Assembly: GCF_006345805.1 (NCBI RefSeq)
Contig: NC_043007.1
Location: 68,448,001-68,512,000, forward strand
Source of the DNA: Octopus sinensis
Lineage: Eukaryota
Length of the DNA: 64,000 nucleotides
Direction: 5' to 3'
This document shows, piece by piece, positions 43,758 to 57,344 of this stretch. The translations under genes and the position numbers were made by a program. Numbering within the stretch: position 1 is the first letter of the stretch; each line of letters starts with the position of its first letter. The notes under the pieces are model-generated. The model searched no databases and had not been told where the DNA came from. It saw nothing but the letters and a program-made list of their open reading frames with translations.

Positions 43758-46318
43758 ACTGCACTAAGTACTATCAGGATTCGATGGATATTTTAGATAA
43801 CGAGAATTCGGTCAGGCGTGAAACACTAACATTTTTTTTGTTTTTTAACTATTATTATTTTATAGCCCAATCGTATAATTGTTTAAATAACGTCTGGAAA
43901 CAAACAAAACCTGCTCAGAATTTCAATTTCTTCAAGGCAAGTTACGCTTCTTAGAAAAGATAGAGAAAATACAAACAAGATCTTGCATACACATGTAGAG
44001 GAGTCGATTTAAATGTTATTTCTTTGTACAAAGGAAAAAAAAAGCAAACAAGCTTGTTTGTGTTCATTCATTTGGTGCCCATTGTTTCCTTGGTTTGATT
44101 CTTACAAGCCATATGAAAGAGGGAAGTGAATGAATTATAATTAGGATTATTGTTTTGGATTTGTTTTATGTAATTATTGCATCGAATGTGTAAGTTAGAA
44201 TACATATACGATTTGCCCCACATAAAAAATCAGTAGAATAAATTGTTTTAATAAGTAAAAATTAAAACTAAAATGAGTTCATTAAAACTAAAATATCTTA
44301 TAAGCTGACTTACTAGAATCTTAAACCGACCTTCATATTGGACAAGTATTTAACTCGTCAACCGAGCAACGACTAAAAAGTAAACTTTATTTCAGAGGAA
44401 TTTATATTGAGAAGATCACATGGTGAAACAATATATTGTTTGCAATAGTTCGACGCATTAACAACTCTACTAGCAGTCTACTAGTTTTACAGGTACCAGA
44501 GAAAAATACTAACCTTTCAGATTCGGATACGAACGTAGTACTGTGTCAATTTACAGTATTCCTACATCTTGCTAATTCCATGACTTGGAATATTATAGAA
44601 GCGTGTAGCTGCACGGAATTCTACATGAAGAACACATTGGTGCAAATCAGCCACGGAAACACTATCGTTCGAATATATTATATTTGAAGCTTACGAACTT
44701 ATTACATATACAGTAAAGTACTCCCTCCGCTTAATACTTACAAACCACTGGCTTAATACCAACAGGACGTACCAAATTTTAAATAATACAGTTACCATAT
44801 CTAAATGACAAAAACGATTTAAATGAACATTATTTAACTCTAGCAAAGAGACTAACCAGTGATATGCAAATGGTTTTCACAGGGCACCGTTAAAAAAAGT
44901 TTTACAACGAAAGCATGAACAGGACCTTCACCCATTAATAAACTCTTAAAGAATAATTTTCCTTCGTACCTTGTTATTAGCTGCATGCTCGTGAAGCACA
45001 CATATTATCAAACCCACCTAAAGTTACATCATAACACTTCGGTTAGTCACAAGGATTACTATAGGGAATCGTGTCAAAGCATGATTATTTCTTTACGAAA
45101 CTTACCTTCTTCCAAACTATTGATATTATTTTATAAAGATATAAACATCGTAAAGACTAAATCAGAGAACACATCATTAACTCCTGCAAAAGGTCTCCTT
45201 CTTCTGTAACGATATCATTTGGCTCCAATATGACGTCGCTTTAATTTTGATTCTCCCCATCACTTATTCACATAGAAACAGAAACCTCACATCTGAATTC
45301 ATTCAGGGACAGAAAAAAATCTCTCCCGCAATCACTTTCAAACAGTTAATTGTCATTCATTGTAGCAACATATACAAAACAAACCTTATAAAAGAAACTG
45401 GAATCATCGTGTATTGTACAGCCTAAAAACAATTATTGATAAGCTTCGTTTATAAAATCTGTATTTATATTTTCATAAAACGCCACTAACTATTTAATCT
45501 GAGAATCCTTCCAAAGTTCGAGCACCTTTTCTGTGCATGCATAACATATCTTATAGGAGTCACTTCTCCTAGACTACTTGGAATTCTGCCTTACACAATC
45601 GTCAGGTGTGAAAACATATCTGCTCTTAAGATTAATAATGAGGATATATGAACAATTTTCATGTCTTACTGACCATCAGTAAATGCTTTATAGAGGCAAG
45701 TATAGCAAAAATCTTCACCATAATTATTTGTCGAAAAATATGGTTTTACTTTTCGACGTGGTAAAGACACTAAGTTATGTAAGGTTGTGTGCTTGAAACG
45801 CATTTTAGAGCCTATATAAAAGAAGTCCACTAGCTTATTGATAAGCTAACTCTCGCCAATATGCCGCTATAACTGGAACACTGTCGCGATATATTGTCTA
45901 CTCTCACCTCATTTGTTTTGAGAACTTTTCTGATCCTATCCACTGTATTTTCTAATCATATCTACTTCAAATCCACATTTAACATTTTATCGAAACAATT
46001 ATTCTCAGAATTTCAATCATGTGAAATTTCATTAGAGCCCACATTTTCTTGATAAAAAACATAAAGTTTCAGGATCTGAAAATTTACTACTTTGAATTTA
46101 AAAGTAAACCTCGCCCTCTAAGTGTAAAAACAAATGGTGGCGGAGGGATAAGCTAAGGACCTAGCATGTATATGTATATCTACTATATATCGATTTCAGC
46201 ATTCTGTGAAGAAATTTGCATTTTTTCATACGTAAATCGAATACAAAACTTCCTAAAATGAGTGACGTTCTTCTAAAATAGAAACGTTATATTGTTTCAA
46301 GTTAAATTGTTTCAAGTA

Positions 46319-46550
46319 GGGCGGCGAGCTGGCATAATCGTTAGCACGCCGGACGAAATGCTTAGCAGTATTTCGTCTGCCGCTGCGTTCTGAGTTCAAA
46401 TTCCGTCGAGGTTGACTTTGCCTTTCATCCTTTCGGGGTCGATTAAATAAGTACCAGTTACGCACTGGGGTCGATGTAATCGAATTAATACGTAAGTCTG
46501 TCCTTGTTTGTCCCCTCAATGTTTAGCCCCTTGTGGGTAATAAAGAAATA
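46319..46550 (+). mobile_element. SINE family B, full length
   Basis: GGCGGCGAGCTGGCATAATCG (A box), GAGTTCAAATTCC (B box), GAGGTTGACTTTGCCTTTCATCCTTTCGGGGTCGATTAAATAAGTACCAG (Meta-like); TATTGTTTCAAG/TTGTTTCAAG on both sides may be a target-site duplication. Confidence 0.9.
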
Positions 46551-48049
46551 GTTATATTGTTTCAAGCAATAACACTAGCTGAGGACAGTTATGCCTCTGC
46601 AATGAAAGATGTTAGACGTAAAACAAATATAACAAAACTGAACAGCAATTTTTGCCACAAATCTAATTTGGCTAATCAATTTGTTGTGGTTTGTACTTAC
46701 ATCATTCTCTCCAGAGAATGAAATCTTATTGTAGAACCTAGAGGTAGCTATCTTCTGGAGTTTCCTTTTTTCCCCTCTGTAAATCCACTTATAACTATAC
46801 CAGGAAAATTATATTCTGATTGGCGATAGAACAATATGAAATTATTTCATGCCAAAATATCAATTCTAAGGTTATTTATTGATATTCCATTGGATGTGTA
46901 AACTAATCAAGATAATTATCGTAAATTACATTCCAACGATGCTAAAAAACTTTCCACAAGGGAATTGAACTTGAAATATTTTCTGCTCAATTTGACATTT
47001 TGTTCATGTTGAACCGATTATAAATAGGTTAAAACTATTTATGACCTATTGTTTTACTGTGTTTTATTTCTATATATAAATGAACAAAAGTAGCAGTTAT
47101 TTCAACAGGCATCTATCTCAAAGGATATTATTACATAAATATTGATCATAAATATAAAAGCTTTCTTAAAGATACTTTTATTTCGTACCTTATTGATCTT
47201 TTCGTTTTTCTTTCTTTCTTTCTTTTTTTCTTCTTCTTTTTTCCACTTTCCATTCTCCCTCCTACGAAGCAGTCAATCATTGGGTAGTTTCAGTTTTATT
47301 TTAACATTTGTTAACAAGTTGGTGGCTTTCTGAAATCACAGTTTTGTTTCCAAACTTTGGCGTAATTACCTTAACGTGTATTTCGTTTCCAATCTTCAGA
47401 TAAAGGTCGCAATAACAACATTAATAACGAACTTTCTTTGAAGATTAAAGATAAAACAGTTTTCTTCAGATTAAAAGCAAAAAAAAAAAAAAATTGTAAT
47501 TTGATTCAAACAATATTTACTTGCAATCAATAATCGACCCAATTAGCAAACAGCATTAATTGGACGAGTTTTTGTCAGAAAATTTACACAATATTTTGCT
47601 AATGTATAGAAATGCTGATATCACTTATGTATTTATTTATCGCACATAATATTATTATTCACTTTTGTCTTCAGTTGAAAAGTAAATCTGTATATTCTAA
47701 TAAATTATTCTCTTTGAAAATTCATAGTATAGATATGACTAAAATGTCTAGACAATGGGCACTTATGTGTTAATGGGGATTTTATAAGGGAGGTGGCGAT
47801 CAAATTTACATATAAGTTCAATATTTATAACTAATAGAGTGAATTTAATGAAACGTGAGAATATTCATTATTCTACCTTTTTTTCGTTCATTGGACTGCG
47901 ACAATAATTGGACTCCGCGCTAAACACACACACACACGCACGTGTGCATGTAACATGTGTAAACATGAATGTATGTATATATGTACGTTTCTATGTACGT
48001 ACATATATATACCTATGTATATGAATATATACATGCATATAAATATGTA

Positions 48050-48126
<77 letters not shown>

Positions 48127-48155
48127 ATGTTGAGAACGTACATACGAATATATAA

Positions 48156-48246
<91 letters not shown>

Positions 48247-48248
<2 letters not shown>

Positions 48249-48380
48249 GGGAGAATTCACAAAAAAACAAAAGACGACAACAGGTGGTGTTGAAAACAAG
48301 CAGATGTATTAGTTTAATGCTCGGGAAGTGAAAAAGTCTTTAACGTTTCGAGCCTACACTCTTCCACATGAAGGAACACG
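48247..48380 (-). mobile_element. PLE terminal fragment with variant hammerhead, same family as 58105-58285
   Basis: Reverse reads CCTTCATGTGGAAGAGTGTAGGCTCGAAACGTTAAAGACTTT; abuts (TA)n. Confidence 0.8.
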
Positions 48381-48409
48381 ATCTATCATGGCTAAGTTGG
48401 ACTTCTTAT

Positions 48410-49185
48410 ATTTGTTTCAGTTCCCCATGCTGGAGCACTGCCTTTAGTCGAACAAATCCACCGCAGAACCTAGTAAGCCTAGTACTTAATCTATCGGTCT
48501 CTTTGCGAAACTGCTAAGTTACGGACACGTAAACACAACAGCGTCGGTTGTCAAGCGATGTTGGGGGGAGACAAACACAGATACACAAATACACACACAC
48601 ACATGCATATGTATATATATGTTGCGTCCATCTCCCAGGTTCCTGCTTTCGGCTTTCACTCCATACACGCCAACTCAATTTGAATTGTGCTCAGTCGAAA
48701 GACGCCTGTTGTTACTTGTTTGTATTCATAATTCTGCTCGAATGTCCTCCGTTTTTTTTGTTTTATTTTTGTCTTTGTTGCCGTACACATTCGCTAGCTT
48801 TCTTACAATGGTCTCTAATGCTCTTACCTTAGACTTTCAAGAGGACAATTACATCGAACCATCTCAAGTGTAACTGTCCGAAATGGTCGTGACTTCTGGT
48901 ACTTGACCGAAGAAAGAAAGCCAAGAATGACCCGTTCTTTTGGCTGTTCTGCTAATTGTTGTTTCTCTTGTCCGCCTTTGTGTCATTTATCTGTCCGAAC
49001 GTTTTAATACTCTCTATTGCGTTTTTGTTCCATTTATATATATACGACGGGCTTCTTTCAGTATCCATCAATCAAACCCACTCACAAGAGATTGGTCAGC
49101 CCGAGGCTATAGTAGAAGACACTTGCCCAAGGTGCCATGCAGTGGGACTGAACCGGGAACCATGTGGTTGTTAAGCAAGCTACTT
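48410..49185 (-). mobile_element. SINE family A split at its internal microsatellite by a PLE-like insert (48621-49035, + strand)
   Basis: 3' half at 48410-48600 and 5' half at 49040-49185; insert has TA on both sides and a decayed HHR at 48836-48892. Confidence 0.75.
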
Positions 49186-49399
49186 TATTTCATTAAATTT
49201 GTCATGAAGACAATACAAAGATTGGGTAGCTTTGCAGGCTGGACAAACTCATTAATGAATGAAAATGAATAAATGAGAGACGAAACCCAACACCCGCCGA
49301 TTTGATTTTTCTCGAAAACATATTTAAAAAAAAAAATCAGTATGAGGTTTCAAACCTCTTACAAGAAGGAGGCACTAAATCCTCTTACTTAATATATTT

Positions 49400-50395
49400 T
49401 TTAAACACACAATTGAGGTTATAAACCACTACAAATAATACAATAAGATGAAGTTACAAACCCTCTAGCGAGGCTTTTTCACCTCCTACTCATCGATATA
49501 TCCATCAACATATCCATCATTATCTTCAATGCCGCTTGAGTTCCTGTATCCCGCCATTTCCCATATCTCACTCATGTAGGACATGTAAGTCGTGAAAGGG
49601 CTACCCGGCCATATGCGACACTCCTCCCCAAATCCCTTGAGCCTTTCCTACAAGGGAAACGTTATGACCTCCACAGATATCTGCGGAGGCCATTCGGGAT
49701 CCCGTGTGAAGGGCATATCTACTGTCTCTTTATGTTCTTCTACTATTTTTCCACCTCCCCGCCCTTGTAGAAAAAGATAATTAATTCATCATCTTTAAGG
49801 GCGGGGGTCGATTCTTCCACCGTGGGTGGCACAACTTCGTGACATGCAGACGGCACATCCTCTCCCACCTGCAATGACCCGTCCTTCTTTCTTTTCTTTC
49901 TTTTCTTCATGACTTCGGAAGAGTGGAGCTCTTCCGCTTTTTCCGGAGACTCTCCCCCACCTCCCGAAGCCTTAGGTCCTTCTTCCTTTTTAATCCTTTT
50001 TGGTTTGAGGAGGCGTCAGCCTCCTCAACCACATCCACCTCTCTCTTTGACCGGGTTGGGGAGGTGGAATCCAGTGACTGTTCCAGGCCCTTACCATGGT
50101 CCTGGAGGCAGCTCTTTTTAATGTGGCTTGGCTGCAGGCAAGAGTGATACTTGGGGGGACGTCCCTCAAGTATCACCGGATTTTTAAAAAAAATCTTGAA
50201 AAACCATATCTGTTGCGGCCGATGGGGTCCACAGGGTCAAAATCGCTTTTAACCCTTCCCAATCGACCGCCGGCAATACCCTTACATTTAAGAGCCTCCA
50301 CTCCCCGTCGGGTGGTAGCTTCAATCCAACGCGCCTCGGTGCCCGGGGGTAACCCACATACCCAGGCTCTCATTAATTTCCTCCTCCTTCCCCAA
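49400..50395 (-). mobile_element. L1/Tx1-like ORF1 (gag-like) remnant
   Basis: KLMRAWVCGLPPG.. then ILEGRPPKYHSCLQPSHIKKSC (decayed CCHC knuckle) followed by a K/R/E-rich tail. Confidence 0.55.
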
Positions 50396-50399
50396 AATC

Positions 50400-51316
50400 C
50401 CTGCCCCTGTGGCAAAATTTGAAACCATTATTATTATCAAGACAGTGAGCTAGCAGAAACGTTAGCACGCCGGGCGAAATGCCTAGCAGTATTTTGTCTG
50501 CCGTTACGTTCTGAGTTCAAATTCCGCCGAGGTCGACTTTACCTTTCATACTTTCGTGGTCGATAATTTAAGTACCAGTTACGCACTGGGGTCGATGTAA
50601 TCGGCTTAATCCCTTTGCCTATGCTTGTGTCCCCTCTGTATTTAGCCCCTTGTGGGTAGTTAAGAAATAGGTATTTTCTTTGCCGCTATGTTATGATTTC
50701 AAATTCCACCGAGGTCGACTTTGCTTTCTCTTTCTTTCGGGGACGATGAAATAAGTTCCAGGCAAACACTGGGGTTTATGTAATCGACTAGTACTCACCC
50801 CTAAAATTTCAGGCCTTGTCCCAGTAGGAGAAAGGATTATTATCATTATTATTGGCGAGATGGAAGAATCGTTAGCACGTCGGGCAAATGCTTACCGGCA
50901 TTTCGTCTGTCTTTACATTCTGAGTTCAAATCCCACCGAGGTCAACTTTGCCTTTCGTCTTTTCGGGGTAGATTAAATAAGTACCAGTTACGCACTGGGG
51001 TCAAAGAAGACGACTTAATCCCTTCTCCCAAATTTGAGGCCTTGTGCTTCCAGCAGAAACAATTATTTCAGAGGTTTATTATTACTATTATAAATATTCT
51101 TTCAGCAGTTTTCTTTTAATTGGACGTAATGCTTAGCGGTATTTCCTCCACCGCTACGTTCTGAGTTCAAATTTCGCCAAGGGCAACTTTACCTTTCATC
51201 CTTTCGATGTCGATAAATTAATTACCAGTCGAACACTGGGGTCGATGTAATCGACGCATCCCCTCCCCTAAAATGGCTGCCCTCTTGGCAAAATTTGAAA
51301 CCATTATTATTATTAT
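50400..51316 (+). mobile_element. Head-to-tail cluster of four SINE family B bodies plus an orphan tail
   Basis: Four TCAAAT..GAGGTC(G/A)ACTTT-type blocks near 50515, 50698, 50925 and 51165, mostly separated by (ATT)n tails. Confidence 0.9.
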
Positions 51317-51524
51317 TAATAATTTTGTTGTTACTTCACCAGTTCTATTTTTATTGCATTTTGTTTTCTATTTTCATCTCGCTTTAATGAATTTCGTATA
51401 AATTATATATAAGCAATATTCTGTGCCTTTTAGCGCTAGTAACTCAGTCGTATATGTATTACATGTAAACAATGCCTTGAAATGCGGCTATCGTTTGTAT
51501 ATTGTATATGAATTACATGTATAT

Positions 51525-53121
51525 AGTAACGACCATAATATGAGGAACAGTTAGGTGTACTGAAATAGTTATTATAGAAGATTAACATCATATTGAAACT
51601 AGATATTTTACACATATTTAGATATTTCCTATATCTATCTTCCGTGAAAATTTCAAGTGAATGGAATAAATATTACGTAAGTTATGTGCAAAGAAACAAA
51701 CAATCTTCCAAATTGCATCGGCCAAAAGTTAAGAGTCACTTAGAAAAAAATGTACTACTAACCGAAGTAGTTGTTGTTTAGAAGAATGTTAAAGGGCTAA
51801 CAGTTACTTCTTATGACCTTACATTATTGGAACATTTAACTGTCAACATGACGGCTTGTGAGAGACGACCGGTGTCCTGTGATGAAAAACAAACGGTTGA
51901 GTGTCTTTACCAAGAGGCAAAGTCAAATTCTGGGACAGCAACTATTGTAGGAAGGTCTAGAAGTGTTGTGCAACGAAGTGTAGCTCGTTTTACGTCAGAT
52001 GCTAAACTCCAAACCGTAGACCTCGTAAAACGCCACCAAGACAGGATCGTATTATGGTTAGAATGTCGCTGAAGGATAGGTTTAAGAGTGCTGCTGAGAT
52101 GTCCAGCGAGTTTAGCTCCACTTCTGATGTCAACGTATCATGCAAAACATTTTCTCGGTGGTTACGAGATTCTGGGCTGCTTGCTCAGGCACCAGCTAAG
52201 AAAGTTCTGATCTCCACGAAGAATCGAACATGTCACTTGGACAGAAGAACAGTGGTCGCAGGTTTATTTTAGCGATGAATCGTTTAACGTGATTGGTTTC
52301 GATGGCGGAATCTACGCCCGACGAAAAAGTGGCGAAATGTTATCTCGTGCATGTGTGAAGAGAGACTGTGAAATATGGAAGAGGCAGTGTAATGGTATGG
52401 GGTGTGATCTCTGCTGCTGGTCCTGGTTCACATATTTGCGTACAAGGGACTGTCAATGCTGATATCTCAAGCAGATTCTTAGACAGCATCCCTATCCACA
52501 TCTCCGATCCTCGTCAGTTCAACCTCCTATCTTCATGCAGGGCAACTCTCCTTGTCACTCTCCGAAGAGAGTCATAGATTCTTTGAATAATGAAGGGGTT
52601 GATCTCATGGACTGGCCACTTCAAAGTCCTGATCCCAACCCTATAGAAAACATTTGGAAAATTAGTGGAGAAGGGGCGCGATGAACCAAGATGAACTCTG
52701 GGAACTATTGAAGAACGAATGGAACAATATTACTCTATTTTGCAAGACATCAATTTAGTCCTGTGGTAACATATGTTAGGAGGTCATAAGTAGCGGCATA
52801 AAATAAGTATTAGTAAGAACAAACGTACTGAAATATTTATTATGGAAGATTAACAAAACGTTGAGAATAGATATTAATAATATTAATATTAATAATATTG
52901 GTTTCTTTTTTGTTCTTGTTCCATTTTCAATATTTTTCTAAGTGACCCTTAACTTTTGGCCGTTGCAGTTTGCAAGATTATTTGTTTATTTTCTCATAAC
53001 TTACGAAATATTTATTCCATTTGAAATTTTTACGAAAGATAGATATTAGATATATCTAAATATATGTAAAATATCTATTCTCAACGTTTTGTTAATCTTC
53101 CATAATAAATATTTCAGTACG
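51525..53121 (+). mobile_element. Tc1-like transposon with long (~200 bp) terminal inverted repeats, decayed DD34E transposase
   Basis: TIRs ~51557-51750 / ~52930-53121 (GGCCAAAAGTTAAGAGTCACTTAGAAAAA vs TTTTTCTAAGTGACCCTTAACTTTTGGCC); motifs FSDES, KYGRGSVMVWG, MQGNSPCH, DWPLQSPDPNPIENIW. Confidence 0.9.
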
Positions 53122-53464
53122 TTTGTTCTTACTAATACTTATTTTATGCCGCTACTTTATAGTGTCTTGCAATGCCTATGTTTGTATGTTGAATATCTAT
53201 AATAAGTTAAGAGTATTTATAATGCGGTTGCCTATATATTTTCTATATATAACACATAACATATAGATCTTGCAGTGTTTTATTGTATCCAGGTAATATA
53301 TAAGTATTTTCTTATAATAATATTTTGCCTATATATTGAGTACATATAATATACCAAAAATGCCTTGTGTTGCCCTTATTTACTCTACGGCGGTTTTCTT
53401 CAAGGCACGGCTTTTATAGAAAGCCGTGCCTCGAAGCACTATTTTCTGTGTTGTGTTAAGCATA

Positions 53465-53561
<97 letters not shown>

Positions 53562-53580
53562 CTATCCGTTCGTGTGTGTA

Positions 53581-53630
<50 letters not shown>

Positions 53631-55008
53631 TTCGTGGGTTATCTATACTTCTAAGCGTGACCCTGCCATCCTTCTGGATTCGCCAAAATAAAGTACGACT
53701 GGAATACTTCTTGGAATTATGTCTATGCCGGATATCATTTAATGCTAATGTGACTTTCATTTTAAGTTTTGTTACTTTCTTTAATGTTTTCATATTGACC
53801 GTACTGCTATAAGATATTTATGTTAGAACATCACAAACGCCCATTTCCCTTTTCTTTTAATCTGAGAGCAGAAAGGAGTGATTACAAAGTAATTAATTTC
53901 AATTAACGTAAACTCTCAGATCTTGCTGCTTAAAGTAATTAAACATCTACGTGATGCCAATTTCCAAGAAATGATACTGGACAAGAAATCGTTAAAAATA
54001 TCTTGGCTCTGAAATAAACATACTGTCAATCTCTACTTGGTGGTCCGACAACGTGTCATTTCATAGGCTGACTATTTAATCAGTATTACTTCAACATGTG
54101 TTCTATATCATAATCTGATATGAAAATTGTTTTTAATAAACGCCCCCTAGTTGATGCCAATGACATCAATGAGGAATACAGAATGATGAATTCATAGAGT
54201 ATTCCATTTAGAAGTGATTATCTTGCTGTTGATATAGATTTCGCCCCTGAGAAATACCTGTTAATGAAAGCACTTTGACTGGCAGCTTTAGTTAATAAAC
54301 TTATACACAATGCTTTGCTTTTGTTATGCTTTTATTCCTAATTAATCAAACTGACATAAGTGTAAATGCTACTTTCAATGCGGAAAATTTCCTCCTAAAT
54401 GCCGTTTAAATACTCAGGTGTTGTTTTCTCTCTGGTATTATATAGAAAATTACCTATCCTTTTACATCGTTTCTCATTAAATATATCTGAAGGATGTAGC
54501 ATCCCACGTGTGGCGATGTTAAGTAGCCAGACGTGTTTTACAAGCAAAATAATATTCATTAAGAGAACTGTGAACTATCATAAAAAAGACTTCGATTTTT
54601 TGTGTAACCAGTTTCGAATTAAGAAATTATATATCATTTGAAAATTACATTATACAACAGAGGGGGAAACAACGTCAGCATGAGACAATATTCATTCAAA
54701 TAGATAACACATGGTTTAACATAATACAATAATACTAAATGTATATATATATATGGGACCAAACTATAAATTAATGAAAACGTTAAAATTAAAGTAGATG
54801 ATATCAAGAGTTAAATTTACCGCTAGTTAAAAGTGGATAGAGAAAAATAAATAAATAAAATGAATCAATCTAATGGGTAATGGTATATGTTATCTGTGAA
54901 AGTTCAGTTAAGAGTATTTCACATTGGCATGAATATTAGGCACAATAGCAATATTGGTAGGTTTGTATTTGAAATATCTGAGGTTTTGAAGTTTTAGCTT
55001 CAACTAAA

Positions 55009-55012
<4 letters not shown>

Positions 55013-55042
<30 letters not shown>

Positions 55043-55450
55043 AATTTATAAGTAAGGGCAAAAGAAAAAATTTCTAATGCCAAAATATGCCGAAAATAGA
55101 CAACGTAAATAACCATATAATTTATCACTAACAAGCACGTTATAAAAAATCCCGTTATTACAATATCGGACCCGATTTCAAAGTTAGTTCATAAGAACCT
55201 TCCCTTCATCAGTGATAAAAATGGCAAAAGGAGTAAGTGAGATATTTACTTATACCCATGGGTATAAGTAAGTATCTCACTTATTCCTTTTATGGAAATA
55301 TTTACAAAACTCAATTTTTTCTCCAATTTAATTGTTTTTCTTATTTTACTCTTAGTTGAAAAGTCTAAATGGCGAAAACCGGTACTGAAATGGAGTTCAC
55401 GATAAAATTATTTTAGCATTTTCTACCTTGTTTTTTTTCCTTGTATATAT
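55013..55450. mobile_element. (TA)-flanked divergent element: two outward-facing hammerhead motifs around a central palindrome
   Basis: HHR on minus strand 55164-55217; palindrome 55226-55291; decayed HHR on plus strand 55352-55388. Confidence 0.55.
55164..55217 (-). ncRNA. Type I hammerhead ribozyme motif
   Basis: Minus strand TATCA-CTGATGA-AGGG.aa.GGTTC.ttat.GAACT.aa.CTTT-GAAA-TCGG-GTC-CGATA; one mismatch in stem I. Confidence 0.65.
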
Positions 55451-55514
55451 CAAATCATCTGTTAGCTTTCTAACGTCTACACGCACACACATAGACACAC
55501 ATTTAAATATATAT

Positions 55515-55567
<53 letters not shown>

Positions 55568-56799
55568 AGGACTGAACATGAAAAGTGGACAGTCAACATG
55601 CTAGATATAGACGTCAAATCGCCATTCTCCTTAATTGGTATATATAAATATTTTAATCTTCGGATTCTTTTTTAATATGCTAGACCACTGGTTTTAATTG
55701 ATAAATATTGATTTCTACCCTTAATTAATTTTATATATATATATATATATATTCTAACACAATCTTATATCAAATAAAGATAGTTCTCTTAGTGCACATG
55801 TTTTCAATACAAGAAATATAATTATAAATCCACTTTCTTTCTTATGCTTACCACTGATTAGGTTTCAGGAAGAAATTCACTTCAATAAACGATTTTAATT
55901 AGTGAATTATATAAATTATTACCTCTTATAATAACGATTATGAGTTAAAGTATACCGTCTCAAATTTATAATAGAAAATTATTTTTTGCTTTTGTATAAA
56001 GTCTGCTGCCGACGGTTAGAAGTTTATATGAATCTATTGTATAATAATTTAGTTTACAACTTTCAGATTATAATTAATAGAAATAATAGATGTTACTTAT
56101 CTCAAAGCTGGCTTGTTTCTTGCTTTTTTACTTTATCGTGAATACTGTTTTGTTCTTTGTTTTTGCTGCTTTACATCATATCTTCAAAATGATGTCGGCA
56201 TTGCTACGTCGTTCAAGTTTCAATTTTAGTTTATGTGTTGCTGAAAAGTCGTATCACGTTGATTCCAATTGTAAGGCAGTTGGACATGCGTCATCAAGAA
56301 ATTTGAGCGAATATTGCTGAGGAGATGCCAAACTATTTCGCTGTGTCTGTTTACTGAGTGGGATCAGCGACGATCAGCTAGCTCGTGATTACTTGTGTCC
56401 ACTCTTTTCTAGTGATACAGACCAAGCGTCTACTCTTTGGATGCAGCCTTCCCCTTGACATGATTTTCAGTTTCCTAGAAATAGCATCGAAATATTACTC
56501 AAATCACATCCTTTTTACTCAGGGAAGTACTCGATGAATAATATAGCCCTGGATTTACTGCAAATGGGAAAAGAGGGAATAGTCATGGCTGGAAGGCATT
56601 GATTATAGGACAACCTGATCAGTACTGATCTGTCTTTAATAGCAGCAATAACAACCTTAAAATGATCCTGCGTTCTACCATTATCATGACTCTAGTAAAG
56701 GAAGCAAGTTGCTTAAAATGCTTTCCAGTGTTTGTTCTAGATCTTTAGGCTTTGAGTTCAAATCTAGTGGACTTTGCCTTTTAACCATTTTAGGAATCG

Positions 56800-57015
56800 T
56801 CTTTTACTTCTTTCGGACTTTAGACTTCGGTCATGCTGGGACACAGCCTTGAAGAATTTTTTTAGTCGAATTATTATTTTTAAAAAATCATGATACACTT
56901 TTTGTCTTTCTCCTTTGTCGAACCGCTAGATAACGGGGATCGAAAATACACCAAACCCGGTTGTCAAGCGATGGGTGGGAGATAAACACAGGTACAAAGA
57001 CAAATACACAAGAGC
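56800..57015 (-). mobile_element. SINE family A, 3' half
   Basis: GGTCATGCTGGG..GAACCGCTA..GGTTGTCAAGCGATG. Confidence 0.7.
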
Positions 57016-57038
57016 ATATATATATATATATATATATA

Positions 57039-57344
57039 TGCACCTCCAGCAATATTATCTATTGCATCTCTTGCTCTCTCTGCAATTCCTTGTACATCGG
57101 ACAAACGGGACGCCGCTTGGCTGACCGGTTCGCGGAACACCTTCGTGACATCCACCTTGCGAACGACACACCGGTCTCACGCCATTTCCGCTCCACCGGT
57201 CACTCCTTGCAACACCTATCTGTGTTCGGTTTGTCCTTACACAGAGGCCATCCGGATTCCCGTTTGCACCGTGAACAGGAATTAATCTTCTCTCTTCGCT
57301 CTTATACGCCATTTGGTCTCAACTCTCCCCCCCTCCTCATCTAA
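57039..57344 (+). CDS. GIY-YIG endonuclease domain of a PLE (partial, no own start codon)
   Basis: IY..C..C..YIGQTGR.L..RF.EH and terminal GLN motif in ORF 56961-57344; the ORF N-terminus is SINE/microsatellite read-through. Confidence 0.85.
   Translation, partial: CTSSNIIYCISCSLCNSLYIGQTGRRLADRFAEHLRDIHLANDTPVSRHFRSTGHSLQHLSVFGLSLHRGHPDSRLHREQELIFSLRSYTPFGLNSPPLLI

Noticed and set aside
56961-57038. N-terminus of the GIY-YIG ORF as a fusion protein
   Set aside because: Chance read-through from an antisense SINE and (TA)n with a non-ATG start.
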